Source: Nitrosopumilus maritimus SCM1 (GTDB lineage Archaea > Thermoproteota > Nitrososphaeria > Nitrososphaerales > Nitrosopumilaceae). From it: a DNA stretch of 32,000 nt. A program made the translations under genes and the position numbers. Below the pieces are notes generated by a model, which had not been told where the DNA came from, searched no databases, and saw only the letters and a list, made by a program, of their open reading frames with translations. Location of the stretch: positions 1,170,001 to 1,202,000 of the forward strand of contig NC_010085.1 of assembly GCF_000018465.1 (NCBI RefSeq). The letters are read 5' to 3'. Positions 16,038-25,180 of the stretch are shown in pieces. Every line of letters begins with the position of its first letter. Positions within the stretch are counted from its first letter, which is position 1.

Positions 16038-17165
16038 TTGGACACTCATTTTACAGTAACACCAAGATTTGCAACAAAAATGCTTGAAAAAGCATTACGA
16101 TTGTACACACCATCTCTTAGTGAAAAACCAATGGCAGAGTTTCTTGCAGACAAGTGTGATGATTTAGGATTTGAAGATATACAAATTGATGAAGTTGGTA
16201 ATGTAATTGCCAAAAAAGGTTCAGGTACTCCAAAAATTATGTTATGTGGACACATGGATGTTGTTCCAGGAAAAGTAAAGGTAAGAAAAGAAGGAGATTC
16301 ACTTTATGGCAGAGGAGCGTCTGACGCAAAAGCACCATTAATGGCAATGCTGTTTGCTGCAGCATCAATACAAAACAATAATGGAACAATAATCTTTGTT
16401 GGCGCAGTCGATGAAGAAGGAAATGCAACGGGTATAAAGAACCTAGTCAAAAAAGAGATGGGTGTAGATTATGCTGTTTTTGGAGAACCAAGTGGAATCA
16501 AACAAGTTACAATTGCATACAAAGGACGTTTAGCAATAAATCTCAAGGTTACTGTAGAAGATAGTTCACATGCTAGCGCACCATGGCTTTCAAAAAATGC
16601 AATTTTAGAATCAATGATCTTTGCAAGAGAACTAAAAGAGAAACTAGAAGAAAACCAAGAGGACAGGACAAAGGGAATGTTGCTTACTGCAACCATGACC
16701 GAAGTAAAAGGTGGAACTAGTCATAATGTTACACCAAAAGAATGTGAGACCACATTTGATATTAGAATTCCAGTTGATATGAACTGCAAATCCGTTGAGC
16801 AAAAAATTGCAAATCTAGTCAAGGAGATTTCAAAAAAACGAGAGGTAGAGGCGTTTTACTCAATTCTTGATGAAACAGAGCCATTTGAGGCTGCACATAA
16901 CTCCCCACTAGTGCGTGCGTTCACGCTTGGAGTTATGGATGTAGAGCATACTAGGCCAAAATTAATCAGAAAAACAGGTACTGGAGACATGAATGTACTA
17001 GGAACTCAATGGAGTATTCCAGTTGTAACATATGGTCCAGGGGATCCTCATGAAGCTCACACCATTGATGAAAAGGTCTCAATTGATGAATATCTTAGAG
17101 GAATAGAAATTCTCAAGAAGATGTTACAGCACTTAAAAAGACTTCACGATAGAAAGATGCAGTAA
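16038..17165 (+). CDS. lysK: [LysW]-lysine/ornithine hydrolase (M20 peptidase, ArgE/LysK family)
   Basis: M20 metal-ligand motifs CGHMDVV, GRGASDAKAP and VDEEG; cluster context. Start is TTG 16038 or ATG 16080. Confidence 0.85.
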   Translation: MDTHFTVTPRFATKMLEKALRLYTPSLSEKPMAEFLADKCDDLGFEDIQIDEVGNVIAKKGSGTPKIMLCGHMDVVPGKVKVRKEGDSLYGRGASDAKAPLMAMLFAAASIQNNNGTIIFVGAVDEEGNATGIKNLVKKEMGVDYAVFGEPSGIKQVTIAYKGRLAINLKVTVEDSSHASAPWLSKNAILESMIFARELKEKLEENQEDRTKGMLLTATMTEVKGGTSHNVTPKECETTFDIRIPVDMNCKSVEQKIANLVKEISKKREVEAFYSILDETEPFEAAHNSPLVRAFTLGVMDVEHTRPKLIRKTGTGDMNVLGTQWSIPVVTYGPGDPHEAHTIDEKVSIDEYLRGIEILKKMLQHLKRLHDRKMQ

Positions 17166-18202
17166 TGCTCTGGTTTGTAGGTTTAGGAATTTCAGGATTC
17201 AAATCAATTCCCAATGAGGCAATTGATGTTTTAGCAAAAGCTGACATTGTATATCTTGAGCAATTCACAAGTCCAATTGGTAAATCAGATCTAACTAAAA
17301 TCAAAAATGCAACAAAGGGGGAATTTAGACCTGCAAAAAGATGGTTAGTAGAAGATGGAAATGAGATTTTAGAGAATGCAAAGAAAAAGAAAGTTGTCTT
17401 GTTATCTTATGGAGATCCATACATTGCTACAACACATATTGAATTACGAGAAAGAGCAATAAAAGAAAAAATCAAAACATATTCCATTCATGCATCTTCA
17501 TCATTAACCTCAATGATCGGAGAGTGCGGTCTACACTTTTACAAAGTTGGAAGAATTGCAACAATAATGAGTGAAATGAAATCACTTACAACACCATACT
17601 ATGTCATTTACAAAAATGTCATAGAAGGGAATCACACTGTACTACTTTTGGAGTTTAATCAAGACAAAGACTTTTTCTTAGATCCTAAAGATGCATTAAA
17701 CGAATTATTAGAAACTGAAAAAGGACAAAGAAGAAAGGTGATTAGCCCATCAACTTTTGCAATAGTTGCATCAAGAATTGGATTCAAAGACCAAGAGATA
17801 GTTTCAGGTAAAATTTCTAGCCTAAAAAAGAGAGATTTTGGAAAACCACCACACACAGTGATAATTCCAGGAAGATTACACTTTACAGAATCAGATGCGC
17901 TCAAAGTTTTGGGAGAATGTATTGATGAACCATTTGACAATTCAGAAAAAACAAGGAAAATTTCAGTACAAATGATTGAAAAGTATGTTCCAATGGTAAG
18001 AGAAGCACTTGAAGAAGTACAGCCATACTACAAGGATCAAAAAGAGTTCCAAGTAATTTTAGAAAATGCAGAATTGTATGTCAAAGATGCAGAGAAATTT
18101 TTGGAAGATGGTCAAGATGAGGTTGCAATCCTGAGTATTGGTTATGCAGATGGATTGGTAGATGCATTAAGGTTAGCAAAAGGCCTGGATCCCAAAATGT
18201 AG
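17165..18202 (+). CDS. dphB: Diphthine synthase fused to an ~85-aa C-terminal helical extension (DUF357-like)
   Basis: MLWFVGLGISG...GDPYIATTHIELR...PPHTVIIPG matches archaeal diphthine synthase over about 258 aa. The extra tail ...AELYVKDAEKFLEDGQDEVAILSIGYADGLVDALRLAKGL resembles my recollection of DUF357. TAATG overlap with lysK. Confidence 0.85.
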   Translation: MLWFVGLGISGFKSIPNEAIDVLAKADIVYLEQFTSPIGKSDLTKIKNATKGEFRPAKRWLVEDGNEILENAKKKKVVLLSYGDPYIATTHIELRERAIKEKIKTYSIHASSSLTSMIGECGLHFYKVGRIATIMSEMKSLTTPYYVIYKNVIEGNHTVLLLEFNQDKDFFLDPKDALNELLETEKGQRRKVISPSTFAIVASRIGFKDQEIVSGKISSLKKRDFGKPPHTVIIPGRLHFTESDALKVLGECIDEPFDNSEKTRKISVQMIEKYVPMVREALEEVQPYYKDQKEFQVILENAELYVKDAEKFLEDGQDEVAILSIGYADGLVDALRLAKGLDPKM

Positions 18203-18242
18203 TTTCAGCGATGAATTAAAGAGAGGGAGTAAAATAGGAAAA

Positions 18243-18863
18243 ATGTTGGAACAAAGTCAAAGAACAATTCTTTCTACAATTTACGTATGCCAGATAGAGG
18301 GTACTAATCCAATTGAGAAAATCAAAAGAAAAACTGCATTTTCAGATGATCAAATCAATTCAAAGATTGAAGAGTTGATAAAAAAACAACTTGTCAATGA
18401 AGACAAAAAAACACTAACAGAATCAGGGCGAGACTCGTTGAAAGTAGTTTTGGCTGGAGGTGTTTTTGATATTATTCATCCAGGACACATCCACACCCTT
18501 AATGCTGCAAAAGAGCTAGGAGATGCTCTTGTGGTAGTTGTTGCAACAGACAATACAGCAGTAAAAATGAAAAAAAGAAGACCATTACATTCTCAAGAAC
18601 AAAGACAAGAGTTGGTAAATTCACTATCTATGGTAGACCTTTGTCTAATTGGACAAGAAGATGATATTTTCAAGACAGTAAACAATGTCAGACCACAAAT
18701 AATCGCATTAGGATATGACCAAGCTCATCAAGAGAAGTTCATTACAGAGGGATGCAAAAAAATCAATCTTGATGCAAAGGTTGCAAGATTGCAATCCCCA
18801 ATTCCAGATAGTTCTAGCTCAAAAATTGAGAAAGAATACGGCGAATCAATCCATGGGATTTGA
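18243..18863 (+). CDS. ribL: Cytidylyltransferase-fold FAD synthetase (RibL-like) with an N-terminal ~65-aa wHTH-like extension
   Basis: Core GGVFDIIHPGHIHTLNAAKELGDALVVVVATD...RPLHSQEQR resembles the archaeal RibL nucleotidyltransferase. The N-terminal part (RTILSTIYVCQIEG...INSKIEELIKKQLV) looks like a winged helix. Confidence 0.7.
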   Translation: MLEQSQRTILSTIYVCQIEGTNPIEKIKRKTAFSDDQINSKIEELIKKQLVNEDKKTLTESGRDSLKVVLAGGVFDIIHPGHIHTLNAAKELGDALVVVVATDNTAVKMKKRRPLHSQEQRQELVNSLSMVDLCLIGQEDDIFKTVNNVRPQIIALGYDQAHQEKFITEGCKKINLDAKVARLQSPIPDSSSSKIEKEYGESIHGI

Positions 18864-18883
18864 TTATCAAAATAGAGTATAGT

Positions 18884-20740
18884 TTATTCAGATTTATCCT
18901 CTTTTTGCGGAATCTTTATCGTAAAAGTTGTAGGGTTATTTTTAACAGATATCATACCACCGTGTTGCTCTACAAGATTTTTTACGCTAGCAAGTCCTAA
19001 TCCTGTTCCTTTTTGTTTTGATGTAGTTAACGGATCAAATATTGCTTCTATTGGTTTTATAGTGATACCAATACCTGAATCTCGTATTTGAATAACAATC
19101 TCAGAATTAGTTTTAGATAAAATGATGTCAATGTCTCCTCCATCTTCAAGTGCTTGAATAGAATTAAAAATCAAATTAACTAAAATGATATTTATTTTAT
19201 CTTTATCCCCTATCATAAAAATTTCATCGTCTTTGATGGTGATTTTTACATTGGAAGGAATTTGCAAAGTGTCAATTACTTCAGTTACAAGTTCAGTAAG
19301 GTTGAATTTGGAGTAAACTAGAGGTGTATCACGCAAATATTCTAAAACGTCATCTAGTTGATGTGTTATTCGATTGATAGAGGTATCAATTCTACGAAAA
19401 TCATTTTCATCAATTTGTTTTTGAAGTTTCAATAATTCAAATTCACTTTTTATTATTGCCAGAGGATTTCGAATATCATGTGAAATTCTAGCAGATAATT
19501 CACCGATAGCACTGAATCTTTCTGCACGAACCAATCTATCTGTGAGATTTTTTTGTTCAGTAATATTATTTCTAATTGAAACATATTCTAAAATTTGTCC
19601 ATTCTTATCTAAGAATGGAATAACCGTAGTATCATTCCAAAACAAAGTTCCATCTTTAGCAGTATTACAAATTTCACCATGCCAAATTTTTCCACTCGAA
19701 ATCGTGGTCCACAAATCTTTATAGAATCCAGGAGGATGGATTTTTCTAGATCTCAAAATATCTTGACGTTTGCCTATGAGTTCATTTTTTGTGTATTTTG
19801 AGACTTGGCAAAATTTATCGTTAACATAAGTGATTTTTCCATTTTTATCAATTATACTCACTATAGAGGATTCTTCAAGTGCTTTTCTAAGATTTTGTTG
19901 TATGGTAAGCTGTTCTTTTACATTAGTTGTGTCTTTCAGGGTTTCAATCATATTTTGAAAATTTCTTGATAGTTGACCTAAATCATCCTGAGAATTTCTT
20001 GCAGTTTTAATATCAAAATTTCCTTGAATAATTTGTTCAGTAGCATTTTGAAGTTTTTTAATAGGTTTTGTAATGAGTTTGGGTATAAGAAATCCTAAAA
20101 ATACAGAAACGGTAATTGCGCATATAACAAACACTAGTACAATACTAGTTCCAAAATTTAGAATGTCTTCAGTATCATTAGTAACTTGTTCTAAAGTTAG
20201 AGAAGATGAGATTAAAGCTTCATCATAATCTAATCCACGAGAGTATACATAATCTCTTAATCCTTGTTCATAAATTGTCTTTTGAGTCCAATATTCATTA
20301 CTTTCTAGTATTGCAATTGCTTGTTCAGGATTACCTTCGTCAGCAAAAAGAATGGCTTTGGTTTCCATTTCAATTAATGCAGTATTGGCTAAATGAACAT
20401 TTTGAAAAAACTGTTTTTCTTTTTCGTCTCCATATTCAATTGAATAATTTATGACATCATCAAGTAATGGAACTGTATCAAAATATCTTTGGTTCCATTT
20501 TGTATCCAAAGTAAAAGCATAATTTCTGGCTGACTGTGTTAGTACCTCATCATAATATCGAATTAATTGAGCATGTGCATCAAGATCTGATTTTGTATTA
20601 AGTTCACTTATTTGTAATGGAATTTCATTAGAAATTGGTTCTGACAACTGTGAAAACTGGTAAAGAGAAATTATACCTAAAACAATAACAAGCGCACTTA
20701 TTAGAAAATAAGTTAAAATTAGTTTAGTAGCAATTTTCAT
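18884..20740 (-). CDS. Membrane sensor histidine kinase (TM - external domain - TM - HAMP - PAS - HisKA - HATPase)
   Basis: H-box SHDIRNPL, N-box LVNLIFNSIQA, G-boxes DSGIGI and GTGLGLASV. PAS-like SIVSIIDKNGKITYVNDKF; HAMP-like KPIKKLQNATEQIIQGNFD. ATG 20740 is preferred over TTG 20752. Confidence 0.85.
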   Translation of the reverse strand: MKIATKLILTYFLISALVIVLGIISLYQFSQLSEPISNEIPLQISELNTKSDLDAHAQLIRYYDEVLTQSARNYAFTLDTKWNQRYFDTVPLLDDVINYSIEYGDEKEKQFFQNVHLANTALIEMETKAILFADEGNPEQAIAILESNEYWTQKTIYEQGLRDYVYSRGLDYDEALISSSLTLEQVTNDTEDILNFGTSIVLVFVICAITVSVFLGFLIPKLITKPIKKLQNATEQIIQGNFDIKTARNSQDDLGQLSRNFQNMIETLKDTTNVKEQLTIQQNLRKALEESSIVSIIDKNGKITYVNDKFCQVSKYTKNELIGKRQDILRSRKIHPPGFYKDLWTTISSGKIWHGEICNTAKDGTLFWNDTTVIPFLDKNGQILEYVSIRNNITEQKNLTDRLVRAERFSAIGELSARISHDIRNPLAIIKSEFELLKLQKQIDENDFRRIDTSINRITHQLDDVLEYLRDTPLVYSKFNLTELVTEVIDTLQIPSNVKITIKDDEIFMIGDKDKINIILVNLIFNSIQALEDGGDIDIILSKTNSEIVIQIRDSGIGITIKPIEAIFDPLTTSKQKGTGLGLASVKNLVEQHGGMISVKNNPTTFTIKIPQKEDKSE

Positions 20741-20799
20741 ATATTCATACAAAAATTGTCATAAATAAATAATCTATGAAAAAATTTAGTTTTTCAAAA

Positions 20800-21234
20800 C
20801 TATTGCTTGGTTGTCAAAACATGACATTTTGCTTTGTGATGAATGGTGTTGATAATGTCATCATAAAGCGTAGATTCAGTCATGGATAGTTTTGGATAAT
20901 CAACTATGAGCAAATCAACCTTATTCTCAGTCACATAGTCAATTACCCAATGGGCTATAGAGTCAGTTAATGCAAATTTAGTCTTGATTTGTACATTTTG
21001 CTTTGCTGCAGCCTTTTCCCATTTGGAAAGTTCATTTTTGATTTGTTCTTTTCTTTTTTGCAAGGCAATTTTGTCAGTCTTTGTCTCAAAGAAATGAAAC
21101 GTTGGAGGTTTTTGATAAAAACACTCTATCACAGAAAGAGAGCATCCCAGTTTCTTTGCCAATTCCAATCCAAGATCAAAAGACTTTTTGTCATGGGTTG
21201 GAGTGATTATAGCTACCGTAATTTGTTTAATCAA
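20800..21234 (-). CDS. Universal-stress-protein-like protein lacking the ATP-binding glycine motif
   Basis: Usp-like layout (VAIITPTHDKKS..., DLLIVDYPK..., CHVLTT), but the C-terminal third contains no G-x2-G-x9-G(S/T). TTG is the only canonical start. Confidence 0.55.
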   Translation of the reverse strand: MIKQITVAIITPTHDKKSFDLGLELAKKLGCSLSVIECFYQKPPTFHFFETKTDKIALQKRKEQIKNELSKWEKAAAKQNVQIKTKFALTDSIAHWVIDYVTENKVDLLIVDYPKLSMTESTLYDDIINTIHHKAKCHVLTTKQ

Positions 21235-21273
21235 GCATTAATTCTAGGAAATTTACTGTTAATCAATTTTTGG

Positions 21274-21957
21274 TTAAGATGAAATTGGTATCTTGATGGT
21301 TATTTTAGAGCCATCCTTTAGTTTTCCAGTCTTTCTCATACAGGTTTTTGAAATTAATTCTACAACAGAATTATCATGATGAGTGCGCTCAAGAAGAATC
21401 ATATCACAATTAATTGAATTGTTTAGTTTTGCAGGAAAGCACTTGACCCAACCATAAGTTCGCTTTCCATCTGAAAAGCTCTTAATTTTGATCCCATCTA
21501 GAGTTTCAAATTGTTTGACTGCTTCTTGGTGGATTTTTTTGTCTAATCGCACGTTAAGAGTTCCAGGAAATGGAACATAGCCAATTTTTGATTTGAATTG
21601 CTTGGTATATCCTTTTAGCCCCATGTAATATGCGCCTTCTCCCATTCCAGAAACCAAAGTTCCCTTTAGTTCAACATGTGATGGAAATGAGTTCAAACTC
21701 TTTTGTAGAGTTGTAGAAAGTTTTACCATTTCAGAAAATCCCTTTGGAGTAATCTTTACTGAAACATTTCGTCCACTCATAATTCTATCAATGAATTGAT
21801 TTTGTTCTAGTTCCAGCAGATGTTTTGATGCTGCTTGTTGTGATTTTTTTATGCTCTTTCCCAATGAAGAGGTTGTTATTGAAACATAGTTGTGTTTAGC
21901 ACCTTTTGAGAGAAGATAAGATAAAGTTAGGATGTGCTGAATTTTTAGTTCAGGCAT
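21274..21957 (-). CDS. ribK: CTP-dependent archaeal riboflavin kinase fused to an N-terminal wHTH (RbkR-type kinase/regulator)
   Basis: C-terminal GTLVSGMGEGAYYMGL...YVPFPGTLNVRL is the archaeal riboflavin kinase signature. The N-terminal ~85 aa (ITTSSLGKSIKKSQQAASKHLLELEQNQFIDR) is a winged helix. Confidence 0.8.
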   Translation of the reverse strand: MPELKIQHILTLSYLLSKGAKHNYVSITTSSLGKSIKKSQQAASKHLLELEQNQFIDRIMSGRNVSVKITPKGFSEMVKLSTTLQKSLNSFPSHVELKGTLVSGMGEGAYYMGLKGYTKQFKSKIGYVPFPGTLNVRLDKKIHQEAVKQFETLDGIKIKSFSDGKRTYGWVKCFPAKLNNSINCDMILLERTHHDNSVVELISKTCMRKTGKLKDGSKITIKIPISS

Positions 21958-21965
21958 CTAAGATC

Positions 21966-23108
21966 CTATGCTACGCCCAGGTCACCGAATGTTTTGAGAG
22001 TCATTCCATCAGAGTTTGATAGTTTTGCTACTCTGTGACCAACTACACATTCAATTCCTGCGTTTTTGGCGCCCTCTAAAAGTCTCTGAGTGATGATTCC
22101 ATCTAGTAGAAGATATTTGATTCCAGATTGTGTTGATAGTTTGCTAACAACTTCACTTATTGGAACCTTAAAGATTTCATTGTTATCACCATCTAGTGCA
22201 ACTGCTTCAAGAGTTTCATTTAGATTTGGGAAAACTTTTGCTGCCATCTCGGCAAGAGGTTTATCATCTTCGTTTTGGAGTGTTGGTGCAGGTTTACCGC
22301 CTTTAATTTCTTCAGCAACTGGACTAAGAATTTCATCAATTCTTTGTGGAGTTAATTCTTCAACTTCAACATCATTGTCTGCTCTTAGTTCATAATCAAT
22401 TGGGACAACTGATTTTAGTTCTTTTAGAATAAATCCACCTGCTCTATCGCCATCTAAGAATGCAACAACAGTTTCTTTTGAATTGCATAATTCTTTGATA
22501 GATTCATCAATTTTTGCGCCTTCAATTGCAAGTGCATTATCATATCCTGCTCTGAGAAGATTTATCACATCAGCTCTTCCTTCAACTAGAATTACCCAGT
22601 TAGAATCAGCTAGGCCAGAACTGCAAGTAAGTTTGGATGGACCATAAGTGGTTAATTTTTTAGAATCACCTTGGTGGACATCATTTAGCATACTTTCTCC
22701 TTCACTAACAGTTTTAGTTGCCCATTTTTGCTTGATTTCTTTTGCACGTTTTACAATGTCATCTTTCTTTGCAGCACGTACATCATCAATTGCTTCTAAG
22801 GTAAATTTACAATCAAATGGACCAACTTTGTCAATGCTTTCAATTCCTGCTGCAATCAATGCACAAGTATCAATATCAGTACTCATTGGAATTAATGCAT
22901 CACCAGCAGTGGTATTTGCAGTAGTTCTAGCACTGACTTCTATGCGACCTACTTTAGAAACTCGTTGCAGTTCATTCAGATTCATCTCAGGGCCTAACAG
23001 TCCTTCTGTTTGGCCGAAGATGGCTCCGATTATATCTGCTCTTTCAACGAGCCCATCAACTTCATAGGAAAGTTTAACATGATATTTGACAATTCCTGAT
23101 TGAGGCAT
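21966..23108 (-). CDS. dnaG: Archaeal DnaG (Toprim-domain primase-like, exosome-associated)
   Basis: N-terminal KYHVKLSYEVDGLVERADIIGAIFGQTEGLLG and Toprim segment VILVEGRADVINLLRAGYDNALAIEG...DGDRAG. Confidence 0.85.
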   Translation of the reverse strand: MPQSGIVKYHVKLSYEVDGLVERADIIGAIFGQTEGLLGPEMNLNELQRVSKVGRIEVSARTTANTTAGDALIPMSTDIDTCALIAAGIESIDKVGPFDCKFTLEAIDDVRAAKKDDIVKRAKEIKQKWATKTVSEGESMLNDVHQGDSKKLTTYGPSKLTCSSGLADSNWVILVEGRADVINLLRAGYDNALAIEGAKIDESIKELCNSKETVVAFLDGDRAGGFILKELKSVVPIDYELRADNDVEVEELTPQRIDEILSPVAEEIKGGKPAPTLQNEDDKPLAEMAAKVFPNLNETLEAVALDGDNNEIFKVPISEVVSKLSTQSGIKYLLLDGIITQRLLEGAKNAGIECVVGHRVAKLSNSDGMTLKTFGDLGVA

Positions 23109-23236
23109 AAATTATTCATCTCCTTAATTATCATGTTTTGAGTCTCTGTATTCGATATATGAGGGTATCGCAAAAATTTGCATTAAAAAACTAGAATTTT
23201 TCAAAAAATCTGCCTGCAGTGTATGCATTGTATAAT

Positions 23237-23251
23237 GAAAAATGAAAAATG
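23237..23251 (-). terminator. Two T5 runs (minus strand) just downstream of iscA
   Basis: The minus strand reads CATTTTTCATTTTTC, about 10 nt after the stop. Confidence 0.3.
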
Positions 23252-23260
23252 ATGGTGTGT

Positions 23261-23611
23261 TTATTCAGTACTAAATGAATGGCCACATGAACAGGATTTT
23301 GTAACATTTGGATTGTTAATCTTAAATCCAGAACCCATTAGGCTTTCAATATAGTCAACGTTTGCACCTTGTAAGTGGTCAACGCTGTAACTGTCAACTA
23401 AAAGTTTTACACCATTTTCTTCCATGACGATGTCATCTTCTTCTGGTGCTTTTTCAAAGCCCATTCCGTAAGACAAACCAGAACAGCCTCCACCCTGAAC
23501 GTATACTCTAAGGTATTCAGGAGATTCTGCTTCTTCTTTCATGAATTCTTTGATTTTCTCAGCTGCTTTTTCAGTAACTGTGATCATCTTTTGTGTTTGC
23601 TCAGTTGCCAT
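23261..23611 (-). CDS. iscA: Fe-S cluster insertion/assembly protein, HesB/IscA/ErpA family
   Basis: GGGCSG and the C-terminal CSCGHSF motif. ATG 23611 is preferred over TTG 23620. Confidence 0.85.
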   Translation of the reverse strand: MATEQTQKMITVTEKAAEKIKEFMKEEAESPEYLRVYVQGGGCSGLSYGMGFEKAPEEDDIVMEENGVKLLVDSYSVDHLQGANVDYIESLMGSGFKINNPNVTKSCSCGHSFSTE

Positions 23612-23702
23612 AATGAACAAAAAAGTCGGCTCAAAATATAATAAGCTTTTCCAACCCTACACACTAGTAATTCAAGAAATTGGCCGTGTTTTTAATAGAA
23701 TT

Positions 23703-24149
23703 TTAAAGACTAGCAAAATATTTGACCAGATCACTGGAAGTGAGTATACCAATAATTCGATCATCATCAATTACAGGTAGTTTCCGAACATTTCTTGTTG
23801 TCATTAAATCAGAAGCAGTCCATAGATCAGAATTAGGATCAATAGAAATGAGAGGGGCAGACATTATTCTTCGGATAGGAGTATCAATAGGATATGAATG
23901 AGCAGTAATTTTTATTGCAAAATCTCTATCAGTTACAATTCCAACAGGGGAGCCATTTTCTAATACGGCAATTGCACCAACGCCAGTGTCTTCCATCATT
24001 TTTGCAGCATCAGTTGCTGTAATAGAAGAATCTACAGAGATAACAGAGTTGCTCATAATTTCTTTGACAAGAGTTTTCTGATGAACAGTGTCAGAACTCA
24101 TGTAAAAGGTTGTGTCACGTAATATTTCAAAGGATTTACTGAATTTCAA
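23703..24149 (-). CDS. CBS-domain pair protein
   Basis: Two CBS repeats (VKEIMSNSVISVD...GAIAVLENGSPVGIVTDRD and IRRIMSAPLISID...RKLPVIDDDRIIGILTSSD). Start is TTG 24149 (overlaps the upstream stop) or ATG 24101. Confidence 0.8.
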   Translation of the reverse strand: MKFSKSFEILRDTTFYMSSDTVHQKTLVKEIMSNSVISVDSSITATDAAKMMEDTGVGAIAVLENGSPVGIVTDRDFAIKITAHSYPIDTPIRRIMSAPLISIDPNSDLWTASDLMTTRNVRKLPVIDDDRIIGILTSSDLVKYFASL

Positions 24150-24745
24150 TCATGATAATCATGTTCATTGAAATCAGAACCCAATTGAACATGAAGAATT
24201 ACTGTAGATTCGGTGGTCTGAAACTTTAGTTCTTTTTCTGGCATGAAACTACGAAAGACTTGAGTTAACATTTGTTCAGTAAAGACAGACCATTTCATTC
24301 CAAGCTCATGTTGAATCAAAAATATATGTACATCACCTTCAATTCTATGATCAGAGTTCATTCCAGATGCTCTCATGTAATCTTCTAGAGTTTCAATACA
24401 TCGTTTCAAATCATATCCACCTTTGATGAACAAAACAGTGTCCTTAATCATTGGAAAGATTAGTGTGATAATTTCATCAATGTCTCTACCATCTAATTCA
24501 CTACCCAAAGTTTCTACGATAGTTTTTGGAACAGGAATCATTCCAATTTTATTTGAAAATCTATCCCATTGAACATATTTTTCTAAGATTTGTTTTACAA
24601 GGACATTTTGAGAGATACTCTTCATAGTAGCTTCAGTTTCTAGTTCATTGACGAGTTTTTCTGGAAGTCTATAGGTAATACTACGGGTAGATTCTTTTTT
24701 TTGGTTGTGGACCTGCCGATTTGCACCCATTTTTTCTTTCAACAT
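24146..24745 (-). CDS. Hypothetical protein: N-terminal ribbon-helix-helix-like segment plus an unknown ~140-aa domain
   Basis: The segment RSITYRLPEKLVNELETEATMKSISQNVLVKQILEKYV looks like a CopG/RHH motif. I recognise no family in the remainder. Confidence 0.45.
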   Translation of the reverse strand: MLKEKMGANRQVHNQKKESTRSITYRLPEKLVNELETEATMKSISQNVLVKQILEKYVQWDRFSNKIGMIPVPKTIVETLGSELDGRDIDEIITLIFPMIKDTVLFIKGGYDLKRCIETLEDYMRASGMNSDHRIEGDVHIFLIQHELGMKWSVFTEQMLTQVFRSFMPEKELKFQTTESTVILHVQLGSDFNEHDYHD

Positions 24746-24773
24746 ATTTCAGGCACTCAAGTATAAAATGTAA

Positions 24774-25124
24774 CTAACTCGCGTTAGACGAGTTAGGAAC
24801 GATTTCGATGGAAGTTTCTTCTAAATTGCACTGAAGAGATATTGACTTTACCTTACTCTTGTAAAGAAAGTATTTCTTTCCATCTTCATTTATGGAACCG
24901 GAGATTGCAAGCAATTTTGCATCATATAGGGTTTGTAATCTTCGGTATACTGTACTAATAGGGATTTTTTTATCACTAGACAACTCCATTGCAGATTTTG
25001 GTTTTTCTAGTGTATCATGGAGGATTTGTTTGCAATATTTGTCTGCCAAGACTTCTAAAATTATTTGCTTTCTTTCATCATCCATTATTTTTCTTGTTTG
25101 AACTAATTCTTGCATGATTATCAT
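24774..25124 (-). CDS. ArsR-type winged-helix transcriptional regulator
   Basis: RKQIILEVLADKYCKQILHDTLEKPKSAMELSSDKKIPISTVYRRLQTLYDAKLL. Alternative start at ATG 25115. Confidence 0.65.
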   Translation of the reverse strand: MIIMQELVQTRKIMDDERKQIILEVLADKYCKQILHDTLEKPKSAMELSSDKKIPISTVYRRLQTLYDAKLLAISGSINEDGKKYFLYKSKVKSISLQCNLEETSIEIVPNSSNAS

Positions 25125-25158
25125 TGGTGATTATCAGATTTAATAATCGAGTACACAT

Positions 25159-25173
25159 TGCACTGCACTGCAC
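25159..25173. repeat. Perfect (TGCAC)x3 tandem repeat in a divergent promoter region
   Basis: TGCACTGCACTGCAC read directly from the sequence: three palindromic TGCA cores at 5-bp spacing, between the TATA-like elements of the two divergent genes. Confidence 0.9.
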
Positions 25174-25180
25174 TCAAATC

